Assembly: GCA_964448095.1 (NCBI GenBank)
Contig: CAYUUT010000001.1
Location: forward strand, 105,829 to 169,828
Origin: an uncultured Candidatus Saccharibacteria bacterium
GTDB taxonomy: Bacteria; Patescibacteriota; Saccharimonadia; Saccharimonadales; UBA10212
DNA: 64,000 nucleotides
Direction: 5' to 3'
Shown here: positions 36,922 through 45,996 of the stretch, piece after piece
How positions within the stretch are numbered: position 1 is the first letter of the stretch
How the letters are laid out: each line of letters begins with the position of its first letter
Made by a program: the position numbers and the translations under genes
The notes under the pieces: model-generated
The model's input: only the letters and a program-made list of their open reading frames with translations
What the model was told of the DNA's origin: nothing
The model's database searches: none

Positions 36922-38157
36922 TTAGGAACTGTGAGCGTCTTCGTTTAGCTTAGCTTCAGCATCCGGGTCGTCAGCTTTATAGTCAGAAAAGAAAGTTGCC
37001 GGCGCCGAAGCATCTTGATTCTCGCCCTCGGGTGCTGGCAGCAACTCTTCCTTTGCCGATTCCGGCGCCGGCAGCATTGGCTCGTCATCGGTCTCTGGCT
37101 GCGGGCCTGGGGCGTCCTGGTCACTAGGCTTTACTGGTGCTTCACCGCCTTCCAGCAAACGGGCGACATCAGCTGTTACCTCAACCAAGCGGTTGCTATA
37201 ACCCCATTCGTTATCGTACCAGGCGACCACTTTTAATAGATTGCCGCCAACTACGGCAGTTAGGGCCAAATCCACGATGGCCGAATGGCTGTTACCAATA
37301 TAGTCGCTGCTGACTAACGGCTCGTTGCTGACCGCCAAAATTCCCTGGAAGTAAGGATCAGCGGCAGCCTTTTTGAAGACTTCGTTTACTTCTTCGACTG
37401 TAACGTCTTTTTTGGTGACCACCGCGAAGTCGCTCAAAGAAACCACTGGGGTTGGTACGCGTACGCTCATACCGCCAAATATGCCTTTAAGGGCCGGTAG
37501 TGCTTGGGCGGCGGCAATGCTGGCACCGGTTGTTGTTGGCACAATGTTCTCGGCAGCGTTCCGGGCTTCACGTAAATCTTTGGCCGGCGCGTCCTGCAGG
37601 GCCTGGCTGGCTGTGTAGCTGTGAACCGTGGTCATCATGGCCTTCTCGATGCCAAAGTTATCTTCGATAATTGCCATCACCGGCGTAATGCAGTTAGTGG
37701 TACAGGAAGCATTACTGATAATCTCACCGGCGTCTTTGAGGCTGTCCTCATTTACGCCAATCACGATAGTGTTGGCCCCTTCGCCCTTTGCCGGCGCGCT
37801 GATAACAACCTTCTTGGCGCCGCCGGTTATGTGGGCCTTGGCTTTTTCCGGGTCAACAAAATGGCCGGTCGATTCAATGACTACCTGCACTCCCAGGTCT
37901 TTCCATGGCAGCGCCGCCGGATCCTTCTCGGCCAGGACTCTGATTTTTTGGTCGTCGACTATAATATTTTGCTCATCAAAATCCACTTTGTGACTGTAAG
38001 CGCCATAGTTTGTATCGTGCTTAAGCAGATGCGCCAGAGTTTTGGTATCGGTTAAATCATTAACGGCTACGACTTCTAGATCCGGTCGCTCAAAAGCAAT
38101 TTTAAAAGCATTGCGGCCGATTCGTCCGAAACCATTTATAGCAATCTTGGTTTTCAT
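36922..38157 (-). CDS. gap: Type I glyceraldehyde-3-phosphate dehydrogenase with a ~75-aa acidic/Pro-rich C-terminal tail
   Basis: NGFGRIGR NAD-binding motif and the catalytic SNASCTTNC. The tail PSDQDAPGPQPETDDEPMLPAPESAKEELLPAPEGENQD... lies beyond the normal C-terminus. Confidence 0.9.
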   Translation of the reverse strand: MKTKIAINGFGRIGRNAFKIAFERPDLEVVAVNDLTDTKTLAHLLKHDTNYGAYSHKVDFDEQNIIVDDQKIRVLAEKDPAALPWKDLGVQVVIESTGHFVDPEKAKAHITGGAKKVVISAPAKGEGANTIVIGVNEDSLKDAGEIISNASCTTNCITPVMAIIEDNFGIEKAMMTTVHSYTASQALQDAPAKDLREARNAAENIVPTTTGASIAAAQALPALKGIFGGMSVRVPTPVVSLSDFAVVTKKDVTVEEVNEVFKKAAADPYFQGILAVSNEPLVSSDYIGNSHSAIVDLALTAVVGGNLLKVVAWYDNEWGYSNRLVEVTADVARLLEGGEAPVKPSDQDAPGPQPETDDEPMLPAPESAKEELLPAPEGENQDASAPATFFSDYKADDPDAEAKLNEDAHSS

Positions 38158-38205
38158 TTACCCACCTTTATGATTAGCATTTAACTATATTGTAAGGTTT
38201 TACGC

Positions 38206-38757
38206 TTAAGCTTTCAACCGCAACAGGGGATTTAAGCGTCGGATCACCTCTTGAATATTGTTATCGGTAACCTTATCCACAGCGACCCACTTAACTTCTT
38301 TTATCACCTTGTCTTCGATTTTTATATCTTCTGACTCGGCCACGAAGCCGTACCAAAAGGCGTGGTGATAATGCACCGGTTCATTTTTGGGTGGTTTGCT
38401 AGGCACCAGGTGAGATTCCAGCAGCACCGGAATTCTTTTATCTTTTTTGAATAGTTGGCGGCTGAACTTAACACCAGTTTCCTCGGCTGACTCCCGTGCG
38501 GCGGTTATCCAGGGACCGGCTTCGTCCGGTTCCAAATGGCCGCCGGGTTGCATCCAACGTTTAAAAGTCGGGTGATAGATTAAAATAATCTTCTTTAAAT
38601 CCGGCGAGAATATAGCGCCGCTGCCGGCAATATGGCCACGGTAATTATTCCTGTCAGCCAGATTTTCGCTGTCCTCGAGCTGCTGAAGCAAAAGTTTCAA
38701 CCCTTTCCTCTCTGCCGGATAGAGGCTCAGGTACTTATTGACAACTTCGGCAAGCAT
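38206..38757 (-). CDS. NUDIX hydrolase
   Basis: Nudix box GGHLEPDEAGPWITAARESAEETGV. Confidence 0.8.
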   Translation of the reverse strand: MLAEVVNKYLSLYPAERKGLKLLLQQLEDSENLADRNNYRGHIAGSGAIFSPDLKKIILIYHPTFKRWMQPGGHLEPDEAGPWITAARESAEETGVKFSRQLFKKDKRIPVLLESHLVPSKPPKNEPVHYHHAFWYGFVAESEDIKIEDKVIKEVKWVAVDKVTDNNIQEVIRRLNPLLRLKA

Positions 38758-39311
38758 TACTTCTTAGCGCGGGTGATGGATTCGGCGATGACTTTTTTAG
38801 CATCCTCGGCGTTGCCCCAGCCCTTATATTCTACGGGTGTACCTTGCCAGTCATTCTTCCAAGCTTTGTAGTTCTTGTAAAAATGCTCGACGCGTTTTTT
38901 GAAGTTGGGGTCATAGTCTTCAACCTCTTTGATGCGGTCTTTGCTGATGTCTTTAGCTGGTACGCAGATAAGCTTCTCGTCGCCCTCGCCATCATCAATC
39001 ATGTAAAGCACGCCGATTGGCCGGGCCGGCACGACTGCGCCGTGTACCACAGGTTCGTCAATGATTAATAGCGCGTCCAGGGGGTCGCCATCATCGCAGA
39101 GGGTTCCAGGAATGTAACCATAGTCTGCCGGGTAAGTAGCGGTAGTGCCGTTGACCCGGTCAAGCGTTAAATAGCCGGTCTTTTTGTCCATTTCGTATTT
39201 ATTCTGGCCACCGCCTTTTTGAATCTCAACAATTACATTGACTATTTCAGGGGCTTCATCGCCAGCTGCGACAGGTTCGTACTGCATAGATTGAATCTCC
39301 GTTCGTTTCAT
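38757..39311 (-). CDS. ppa: Inorganic pyrophosphatase (family I)
   Basis: DGDPLDALLI and DYGYIPGT motifs. 184 aa. Confidence 0.9.
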   Translation of the reverse strand: MKRTEIQSMQYEPVAAGDEAPEIVNVIVEIQKGGGQNKYEMDKKTGYLTLDRVNGTTATYPADYGYIPGTLCDDGDPLDALLIIDEPVVHGAVVPARPIGVLYMIDDGEGDEKLICVPAKDISKDRIKEVEDYDPNFKKRVEHFYKNYKAWKNDWQGTPVEYKGWGNAEDAKKVIAESITRAKK

Positions 39312-39398
39312 CTATTATTGTACACCAATGCCAGATGTAGGATTCTACATTCTTGGCAACCTTTGGTTTATTGAGTTTTTACTGTAAACTCATGGTTA

Positions 39399-40079
39399 GT
39401 GAAAATCATCGGCCACCGCGGTGCGCGCGGCCTAGAAATAGAAAATACTTTAGAGTCAATCCAGCGAGCAATCGACTTAGGGGTTGACGGTGTTGAAATC
39501 GATGTCTGGACATCTAAGGACCAGGTGCCGATAGTCATCCACGACAGTAGTTTGGTCAAGACCACAGGATACAAGGGCCAAATATTTAATATGACCCACC
39601 AGGAGATCCTTCAGCTGCCCACTTTTAGCGGCCAAACCATTCCCACCGCCCGAGAGGCACTCTCAACCGCCAAAAATACCATGGTTTTTTTGGATATTAA
39701 GGATTTCTATTTGAGCGATGGCATCCGCGGCCTGCTGCACGATTTTAAGAGTTCGGATATTCTGGTCACTTCGGCAAATCATTCTGTGCTGCTAGATCTG
39801 CATAAGTTCCGCCCCGACATACCGCTATCACCGAGCACGCTCTGGCACCCGCTGGAGACTATAGAGTTTATAAAAAAGAACGGTTTTTACGGACTGAGCC
39901 TCTATTACCAGTCGTTCAATCCAATTGTTTATTGGTTAGCCCGCAAGAATGGCATAAATATCCGATTATATACCGTGAATAACACCAGCTACGCCAACCT
40001 GCTGCGACGGCTTAACTTCGAGGTTGATCTGACCACCGACCACCCGCACCGGCTGCTGCCGCTGTTATCTAGAGTCTAG
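39399..40079 (+). CDS. Glycerophosphodiester phosphodiesterase (GDPD family)
   Basis: IIGHRGARGLEIENTLESIQRAIDLGVDGVEIDVWTSKDQVPIVIHD is the GDPD catalytic N-terminus. GTG start. Confidence 0.8.
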   Translation: MKIIGHRGARGLEIENTLESIQRAIDLGVDGVEIDVWTSKDQVPIVIHDSSLVKTTGYKGQIFNMTHQEILQLPTFSGQTIPTAREALSTAKNTMVFLDIKDFYLSDGIRGLLHDFKSSDILVTSANHSVLLDLHKFRPDIPLSPSTLWHPLETIEFIKKNGFYGLSLYYQSFNPIVYWLARKNGINIRLYTVNNTSYANLLRRLNFEVDLTTDHPHRLLPLLSRV

Positions 40080-41059
40080 TTACCGTAAAGCGTTGCAACC
40101 GCGGTAGCACTGATTTTTTCATGATTTTCAAGATGTTCACGGATCATTAGGGCTGCTGTGGCGCCCTCACCACTGGCGCTGGCAATCTGTAGGGTTGATC
40201 CGGAACGCACATCACCGGCTACAAAGACTCCTGGCACATTGGTCATTAACTTGGCATCGGACATTACAAAATGTCGTTCGTCCAGCTCAACGCCACTGCC
40301 CTCCAGGAATTTAGTATTGGGGTCGAGGCCGACAAAAACAAATACGCCATCAGTTTCAACTTCAACTTTTTTGCCGGTAGTCTTATCGGTACCCATAACT
40401 TTACTGACCTTGTTGTCCTGGCCAACAATCTCGTCAGTCGAGGTATTAAAATGGATCGTGATTTTGTCTTTGTGCTTTTCCAGCTCTTTTTGCAGAACGT
40501 CACTAGCCCGCAACTTATCGCCGCGGACTAACATGTCAATGTGGCTGGCAAATTTAGTCAAAAACATGCCTTCCTGGACCGCCGAATTGCCGCCACCCAC
40601 TACTACCAGTCTTTTATCACGGTAAAACGCGCCATCGCAAGTAGCGCAGTAATGCACGCCGCGGGCGTAATATTCCATTTCGCCCGGGACGCCAATCTTG
40701 CGGTATTCGCTGCCGGTGGCAATCAGCACGGCTTTGGTTTTAAGCTCGCCGCTGGTGGTTTCTAATTTAATAAGTTTGTCTTCCTTGGTGAGCTTTTGGA
40801 CCTCGCCCAATTCTATTTTGGCACCGAAGCGCTCGGCTTGCTTGCGCATGGCCTCTGATAAGTCCAGCCCGGCAACGCCGTCGGCAAAACCTGGGTAATT
40901 ATCTACCCAGTCAGTGACTGCCGCCAGGCCGCCAATAGCGCCTTTTTCAAATAATAAAGTGTCTATGTCTTCGCGGCAGGTGTATATAGCCGCGCTCAAA
41001 GCCGCCGGACCGGCTCCCACAATTACCAGATCATGAACCGCTTTAGTGTCTAGCTCCAT
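40076..41059 (-). CDS. trxB: Thioredoxin-disulfide reductase
   Basis: FAD motif LVIVGAGPAALSAAIY, redox-active CATCDG and an NADPH motif. Confidence 0.9.
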   Translation of the reverse strand: MELDTKAVHDLVIVGAGPAALSAAIYTCREDIDTLLFEKGAIGGLAAVTDWVDNYPGFADGVAGLDLSEAMRKQAERFGAKIELGEVQKLTKEDKLIKLETTSGELKTKAVLIATGSEYRKIGVPGEMEYYARGVHYCATCDGAFYRDKRLVVVGGGNSAVQEGMFLTKFASHIDMLVRGDKLRASDVLQKELEKHKDKITIHFNTSTDEIVGQDNKVSKVMGTDKTTGKKVEVETDGVFVFVGLDPNTKFLEGSGVELDERHFVMSDAKLMTNVPGVFVAGDVRSGSTLQIASASGEGATAALMIREHLENHEKISATAVATLYGN

Positions 41060-41064
41060 TTGTT

Positions 41065-41316
41065 TTAGGCGATAGCTGGGGCGAGGCGGGCCAGGTTGTA
41101 ACCCACGACTACTTCTTTAGTATCGTCTTGCTTAGTAATGACAGTGATTGGCACGGTCAAAGCGCCGCCGCTGACATCCAGGGCTTCCTGGTTGCGTTCC
41201 GGGTGTTCGTCTAAATTGACCACGTCGTAGTGCTGACCTTTCATGTCCAGAAACCGCTTGACCATGACGCAGTAGCTGCAGGTGTTAGTCGTGAAGATAG
41301 TAATATCCTTAGCCAT
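41065..41316 (-). CDS. Glutaredoxin-like / NrdH-like small redoxin
   Basis: 83 aa, CSYC active site, thioredoxin fold. Directly upstream of trxB. Confidence 0.7.
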   Translation of the reverse strand: MAKDITIFTTNTCSYCVMVKRFLDMKGQHYDVVNLDEHPERNQEALDVSGGALTVPITVITKQDDTKEVVVGYNLARLAPAIA

Positions 41317-41434
41317 TGTTCCCTCCTTTTTGGTGTTTTTGTTTGGCTACTTATGTACTGGCACTTAGTGTAGCCTAGTGTTACAGCCTAAGTCAATACC
41401 ACTAGATGTAGTGTTTTTAGCAGCGTTTTTAGCC

Positions 41435-42013
41435 CTATTGGACAGCTAAAACGGTTACGTCAAAGACCAGGTCGGCGTTGGCCGGGATGCCGGAGTTGGC
41501 CGGCGGATTAGCGCCATAAGCCAGTGCCGCCGGAACGTAAAGACGCCGCTCGCCGCCGGCCTTCATACCCAGTAGGCCCTGCTGCCAACCGGGGATCACA
41601 CCACTAAGAGCGGTTGTAAACGGTTGGCCGTTGTTATCCAGGGAGCTTTGGAATATCACGCCGGTGGCAGCCACCGCGCCGGTATAGTTGGCAGTTATGC
41701 TGCTACTGGACTTAACGGCCTGGCCAATAGTGCCAACTTTTACGTCGGTACATTCCACAGCCGCCATTTTAGCTACCAGTGTGTAGTCTGATAACTTGAC
41801 GCCGGCCAGTTTAGCGCTGCCGGTCGAGGAGTTGAATTGGATAGACGGGTCGTTAGCGCATTTAATCGCCTGCGTCGTTGAGGTTTGAGAATTTTGGCTA
41901 TTCTTGGCCGGATGCGTTGCTTGCCAGAAGGCCAACAGTCCTACTCCCAAACCGGTGACTACGAATAATCCTGCTAAAAGCGCCCAGCCGGCGCGTCTAA
42001 GAAAGTCTCTCAA
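41435..42013 (-). CDS. Membrane-anchored FKBP-type peptidyl-prolyl cis-trans isomerase
   Basis: FKBP domain NYTGAVAATGVIFQSSLDN...GVIPGWQQGLLGMKAGGERRLYVPAALAYG...IPANADLVFDVTVLAV. N-terminal TM. TTG start in the track. Confidence 0.75.
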   Translation of the reverse strand: MRDFLRRAGWALLAGLFVVTGLGVGLLAFWQATHPAKNSQNSQTSTTQAIKCANDPSIQFNSSTGSAKLAGVKLSDYTLVAKMAAVECTDVKVGTIGQAVKSSSSITANYTGAVAATGVIFQSSLDNNGQPFTTALSGVIPGWQQGLLGMKAGGERRLYVPAALAYGANPPANSGIPANADLVFDVTVLAVQ

Positions 42014-42015
42014 TT

Positions 42016-44505
42016 TTATACCCTCTCTGCGTTTAGTTTATCTTTGGCGCGTTTTGCTAACTCATCCAGCAGACTATTAGTCTCCTGGGTAGTCAGCGTA
42101 CGCTCCGGATGAGATAAGATTATACGCCATGTCGTTTGCTTGCGCGCTTTGTCTGCCGGTTTCTGGAAAATATCCAGCGGACTTATCTCGTAAAGGTAGC
42201 CGTGAGGCTTGACTAGCTCTTTTAGGTTAGCGGAGATGAACTCCGTGAGTTGCTCATAGCTGTGCCCGGCTGCCGAGCGCAAACAAAAGTCCTGCTCAAG
42301 TTCCGGGAAGCGATTTAACGGCTGATAGGTGTCGTGCGGTGGCATGACAGTTAGCAATTGCTCAATGCCGATCTCAAAGCCAGCGCTGTAAGGGGGTAGC
42401 TTGAGGTTAGAGATAACTGACTGTTTGTACTCACCAACACAGCCCAGCGGCACTTTGCCGCTGCTATCCCAGACCTGAGCAGAACGCGTCTGGTCGAAGG
42501 GCTGCATTACGGGATAATTTTCCTCGGCCTTGAACGGCCGATATTCCAGAACGACGCCCAGCTCGCTGGCCAGGTAATCCAGAAGTGTCCGGGCTTGGTA
42601 AAGCGGCGAGCCATGGGGTTTGGCTGATTTCTCGGTAGAGGTAACAACCAGTGACAGCATTTGGAATTCTTTGGGCAGATTTTTGTCGGTTTGGTCTTTC
42701 ATTTTTTGGTTATGGCCTTTGCCGATTTCAAAGAGCGCAAATTTGTCAAAGCCGGCGCGAATATTCGGATATATCTTTTCCAGCAGGCTCGGGGTAATGC
42801 TCAGGCGATAATATTGTAAATCCGGGCTGAGGGCGTTGGCGAGTTGGTAGGCGTTTCTAGGGTCTTGGCCGACTTTTTCCATCAACGAGCTGTGGACGAA
42901 ACTGTAGGTCAGGACTTCGTTGGCGCCGGCCGTACGCAGGAGGTCGCGCAAGCGGGCTTTGAAATCTAGCATCTGGTTGCGCGCGGCTGGCGCCAAATCC
43001 CGCGCCGGCAGTTTCAGCGGCAATCCGTCATAGCCATACAGCCGGCCAACCTCTTCCACGATGTCTTCCGAAATTTCAATGTCAGTACGCCAGAAAGGCA
43101 CGCTAATTTTTAGAATCCCGCCGCTAAGTTCGACTTTAAACTCCACATTTTCCAGCAGTTTCTTCATCTCTTTAGCTGCCAGCTCCAGCCCCAAACGCCG
43201 GTTAACGAATTCGGCGTTGAGCTTTAGCTCGGGCTGCCTTCTTAGCGGCTGATGGATATCAATTGCCTCGCTAGCTTGGCGGCCACCGGCAAACTGTTTG
43301 ATAAGGCCTGCCGCCCGTGCAACCGCGGTCATGTTTTGCAGCGGCGACTGGCCTTTGGTGAACCGGGTCGCCGCGTCCGTAAATAGGCCGTAAGCCATGG
43401 CCGTGCGACGGGTGGCATTCATGTCAAAGGTAGCGGCTTCTAAAATAATATTCTTGGTGTGCTTGTCGACTTCAGTATCCGCGCCGCCCATTACACCGCC
43501 CAGACCGACGGGCTTGCTACCGTTAGTTATGACTATTGCTTCGTGCTCCAGTTTGATGGTTTTGCCGCCGATGATTTTCAGCTCCTCATTTTTTTTGCTT
43601 AGACGAACACCGAGGATACCGGTTTTGAGCTTGTCATAATCATAGGCGTGCAACGGCTGGCCAGTTTCCAACATCACTAAGTTGGTGATATCCACAATGT
43701 TATTGATTGGCCGCACTCCCACGCGCGCCAGGAAACTTTGCAGCCACGCCGGGCTGGGTCCAACTTTGACGTCCTTAAAGGCTACGACGCAAAAACGCGG
43801 GACCAGTTCTGGCAGCTCATTTTTAACCGCTAACTTTAGCACGTTTTTGCGCCCGTCAGTCGGCAGGCCGGCATTAGCCCGGTACCAATCCGGGCTCTTG
43901 AAAACTTGATGGTTGATGCCGGCAATTTCCCGAGCCACGCCCAGCTGGCCAAAGCAATCCGGTCGATGCGTAAACATTTTATTTTCAATATCAATGACGT
44001 AATCGTCCAGCCACAATGTCTTAACAAAGCTATCACCAGGTTTGCCGCTGTCCAAGAGCAAAATGCCATCATGATTATCGCCTAGGTCCAATTCTTTGGA
44101 GCTAGCTAACATCCCATGGCTGGTTTTACCCCTTATATCACGCGCTTCGATAACAAACGGTTCTTTATCAAAAGTACTCGGTACAGTATTCCCTGGCGGA
44201 ACCCAGACCGCCAGTTGGCCAGCCTTAACGTTGGGCGCGCCGCAGACTACTTCAACCAAGCCATCGGCATTGCGCTTAACTTTCTTATTCTTGCCGCCGT
44301 CATCTACCAGACAAAAGCTTAGGTGGTCAGAGTTTTCCATTTTTTGGCTCTCAACAACTTTGACTACCAAAATGCCTTCGTACTTCTTGCCGAGGTCTAC
44401 TATTTCTTCCACCGCACCCAGCTGGCTGCCAATTTTCTCCACCAGCTCATTAATTGGCAGCGTAATCTGGCCAAACTCCCGCATCCAATTCAAACTGACT
44501 CTCAT
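42016..44505 (-). CDS. pheT: Phenylalanine--tRNA ligase beta subunit
   Basis: 829 aa with B3/B4, B5, tRNA-binding and FDX-ACB-like regions. Lies downstream of pheS. Confidence 0.9.
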   Translation of the reverse strand: MRVSLNWMREFGQITLPINELVEKIGSQLGAVEEIVDLGKKYEGILVVKVVESQKMENSDHLSFCLVDDGGKNKKVKRNADGLVEVVCGAPNVKAGQLAVWVPPGNTVPSTFDKEPFVIEARDIRGKTSHGMLASSKELDLGDNHDGILLLDSGKPGDSFVKTLWLDDYVIDIENKMFTHRPDCFGQLGVAREIAGINHQVFKSPDWYRANAGLPTDGRKNVLKLAVKNELPELVPRFCVVAFKDVKVGPSPAWLQSFLARVGVRPINNIVDITNLVMLETGQPLHAYDYDKLKTGILGVRLSKKNEELKIIGGKTIKLEHEAIVITNGSKPVGLGGVMGGADTEVDKHTKNIILEAATFDMNATRRTAMAYGLFTDAATRFTKGQSPLQNMTAVARAAGLIKQFAGGRQASEAIDIHQPLRRQPELKLNAEFVNRRLGLELAAKEMKKLLENVEFKVELSGGILKISVPFWRTDIEISEDIVEEVGRLYGYDGLPLKLPARDLAPAARNQMLDFKARLRDLLRTAGANEVLTYSFVHSSLMEKVGQDPRNAYQLANALSPDLQYYRLSITPSLLEKIYPNIRAGFDKFALFEIGKGHNQKMKDQTDKNLPKEFQMLSLVVTSTEKSAKPHGSPLYQARTLLDYLASELGVVLEYRPFKAEENYPVMQPFDQTRSAQVWDSSGKVPLGCVGEYKQSVISNLKLPPYSAGFEIGIEQLLTVMPPHDTYQPLNRFPELEQDFCLRSAAGHSYEQLTEFISANLKELVKPHGYLYEISPLDIFQKPADKARKQTTWRIILSHPERTLTTQETNSLLDELAKRAKDKLNAERV

Positions 44506-44939
44506 CTTACATGCTCCACGAATTCGTCTACGGTCGGGAAGATTCCGTCAAATATGAAATAGAGGGTCTCGGCTTTTTCGGGGATGCCGATGCCGTAGCA
44601 TTTCTTGCCCATGCCATAAGCCGCACCCAGTTCTGTATGCGCGGAGAAGCCAAGAGGGAAAACCGCAACTATCGCGTCCGAATCGCGCAATGCCTGCATA
44701 TCGGTTTCGAAGATTTTGCGGAAAGTTGGATTATTTTGCCAGTCCTTGATACTCTCGTTATCTTTCATCTGGCTTTCAACGTCCTTTGGCTCCAGCTCGT
44801 TTTTAACACCGTGACCATCGTATTCGTTTTCTATGAAACAATAAGCAGTCTTGCCGGTAGCTCGGATTTTAGCCGCAACCGGCCGGATATTTTTAAAGTT
44901 TCGCCATCTTCCGGCAACAAAATAATCGTATTGGCTCAC
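44502..44939 (-). CDS. Nucleoside 2-deoxyribosyltransferase-like protein (PF05014-like)
   Basis: DYFVAGRW near the N-terminus and the conserved Glu context SAHTELGAAYGMGKKCYGI. GTG start overlapping the pheS stop (GTGA). Inserted between pheS and pheT. Confidence 0.5.
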   Translation of the reverse strand: MSQYDYFVAGRWRNFKNIRPVAAKIRATGKTAYCFIENEYDGHGVKNELEPKDVESQMKDNESIKDWQNNPTFRKIFETDMQALRDSDAIVAVFPLGFSAHTELGAAYGMGKKCYGIGIPEKAETLYFIFDGIFPTVDEFVEHVR

Positions 44940-45961
44940 GAAAATTGCCTCAGGAATTTTAGGTTGCCGCTATGGAAATAGCGGACGTCTTCAATGCCGT
45001 ACTTAATCATCACCAGTCGCTCAATGCCGCCGCCCCAGGCGAAACCGGTGTATTCTTTGGCGTCGATACCGCCTTCTTTTAGAACGTTGGGGTGAATCAT
45101 ACCGCAGCCGAGTAGTTCTATCCAACCGGTATAGCTGCAGATATTGCAGCCCTTTTCGTCACAGAACGGGCAAGATGCCGCAAATTCAAAACTCGGTTCC
45201 GTAAATGGAAAGTAAAAGGGCTGAGTCTTGACCTTAACGTCCTTCTGGAAGTACTCGCTGAAGAAGGTTTTGAGCGTAGCTATGAGATTGCCGGCGTTAA
45301 TATCTTTATCTATATATACGCCTTCCAGTTGGTAGAAGGTGTGTTCGTGGCGGGCATCCAGGTCTTCATTGCGAAAAACCCGCCCGGGGATTACCGCTCG
45401 GATGGGCGGTTTTTGGCTCTTCATCACCCGGTTTTGCATAATGGAAGTGTGTGCCGGCGCAATCAAACCCTCGGTCGTCATGAAGGTGTCGTATTCATCG
45501 CGCGCTGGGTGGCCCGGCGGAAAGTTCAGGCTGGTGAACATGTGGTAATCGTCGTCGATTTCGCGCGATTCCACAGCTATGAAGCCCATACGGCCAAAAA
45601 TGTCTAAGATAATGCTTAGTTCGGTGTTGATGGGGTGGATGCTGCCATTTTTGGCCGGCAGCAGCTGCGGACGGTCTTCCGGCGCGACGTTGACATCAAA
45701 AGGCGCGGTGACATCGATGGGCTTGAGTTTGGCGGCTTTTGGCTGCGAAGCTGCTTTGACCATTTTTTCAAGTTCATTCTTTAAGGCATTTACTTCCTTG
45801 CCAAAAGCCGCCCGCTTTGTGCCCGCCGGCAGGGTTTTTAGCCTTTCATACAAGGCTCCCATTTCCGGCGCGCGCATAATCGACCGTTTGTCATCCAGTG
45901 ATTCAAACTTCTCTCTCAGCTGCTTAGCAGCCTTGGCAATTTCGGGATTTTCAAACTCCAT
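44936..45961 (-). CDS. pheS: Phenylalanine--tRNA ligase alpha subunit
   Basis: Class II aaRS motifs (FRNEDLDARHEHTFYQLEG, GWIELLGCGMIHPNV). Confidence 0.9.
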   Translation of the reverse strand: MEFENPEIAKAAKQLREKFESLDDKRSIMRAPEMGALYERLKTLPAGTKRAAFGKEVNALKNELEKMVKAASQPKAAKLKPIDVTAPFDVNVAPEDRPQLLPAKNGSIHPINTELSIILDIFGRMGFIAVESREIDDDYHMFTSLNFPPGHPARDEYDTFMTTEGLIAPAHTSIMQNRVMKSQKPPIRAVIPGRVFRNEDLDARHEHTFYQLEGVYIDKDINAGNLIATLKTFFSEYFQKDVKVKTQPFYFPFTEPSFEFAASCPFCDEKGCNICSYTGWIELLGCGMIHPNVLKEGGIDAKEYTGFAWGGGIERLVMIKYGIEDVRYFHSGNLKFLRQFS

Positions 45962-45996
45962 AATTCGTTAATAAGTATACCAGTTTCCCGCCCCTG

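Noticed and set aside
41317-41434. 7-bp hairpin TTTTAGC-11nt-GCTAAAA between the FKBP gene and the glutaredoxin-like gene as a terminator
   Set aside because: No U-tract follows on either strand in a way that matches a canonical intrinsic terminator, and the stem is short and AT-rich. It may simply be part of the promoter region of the grx-trxB pair.
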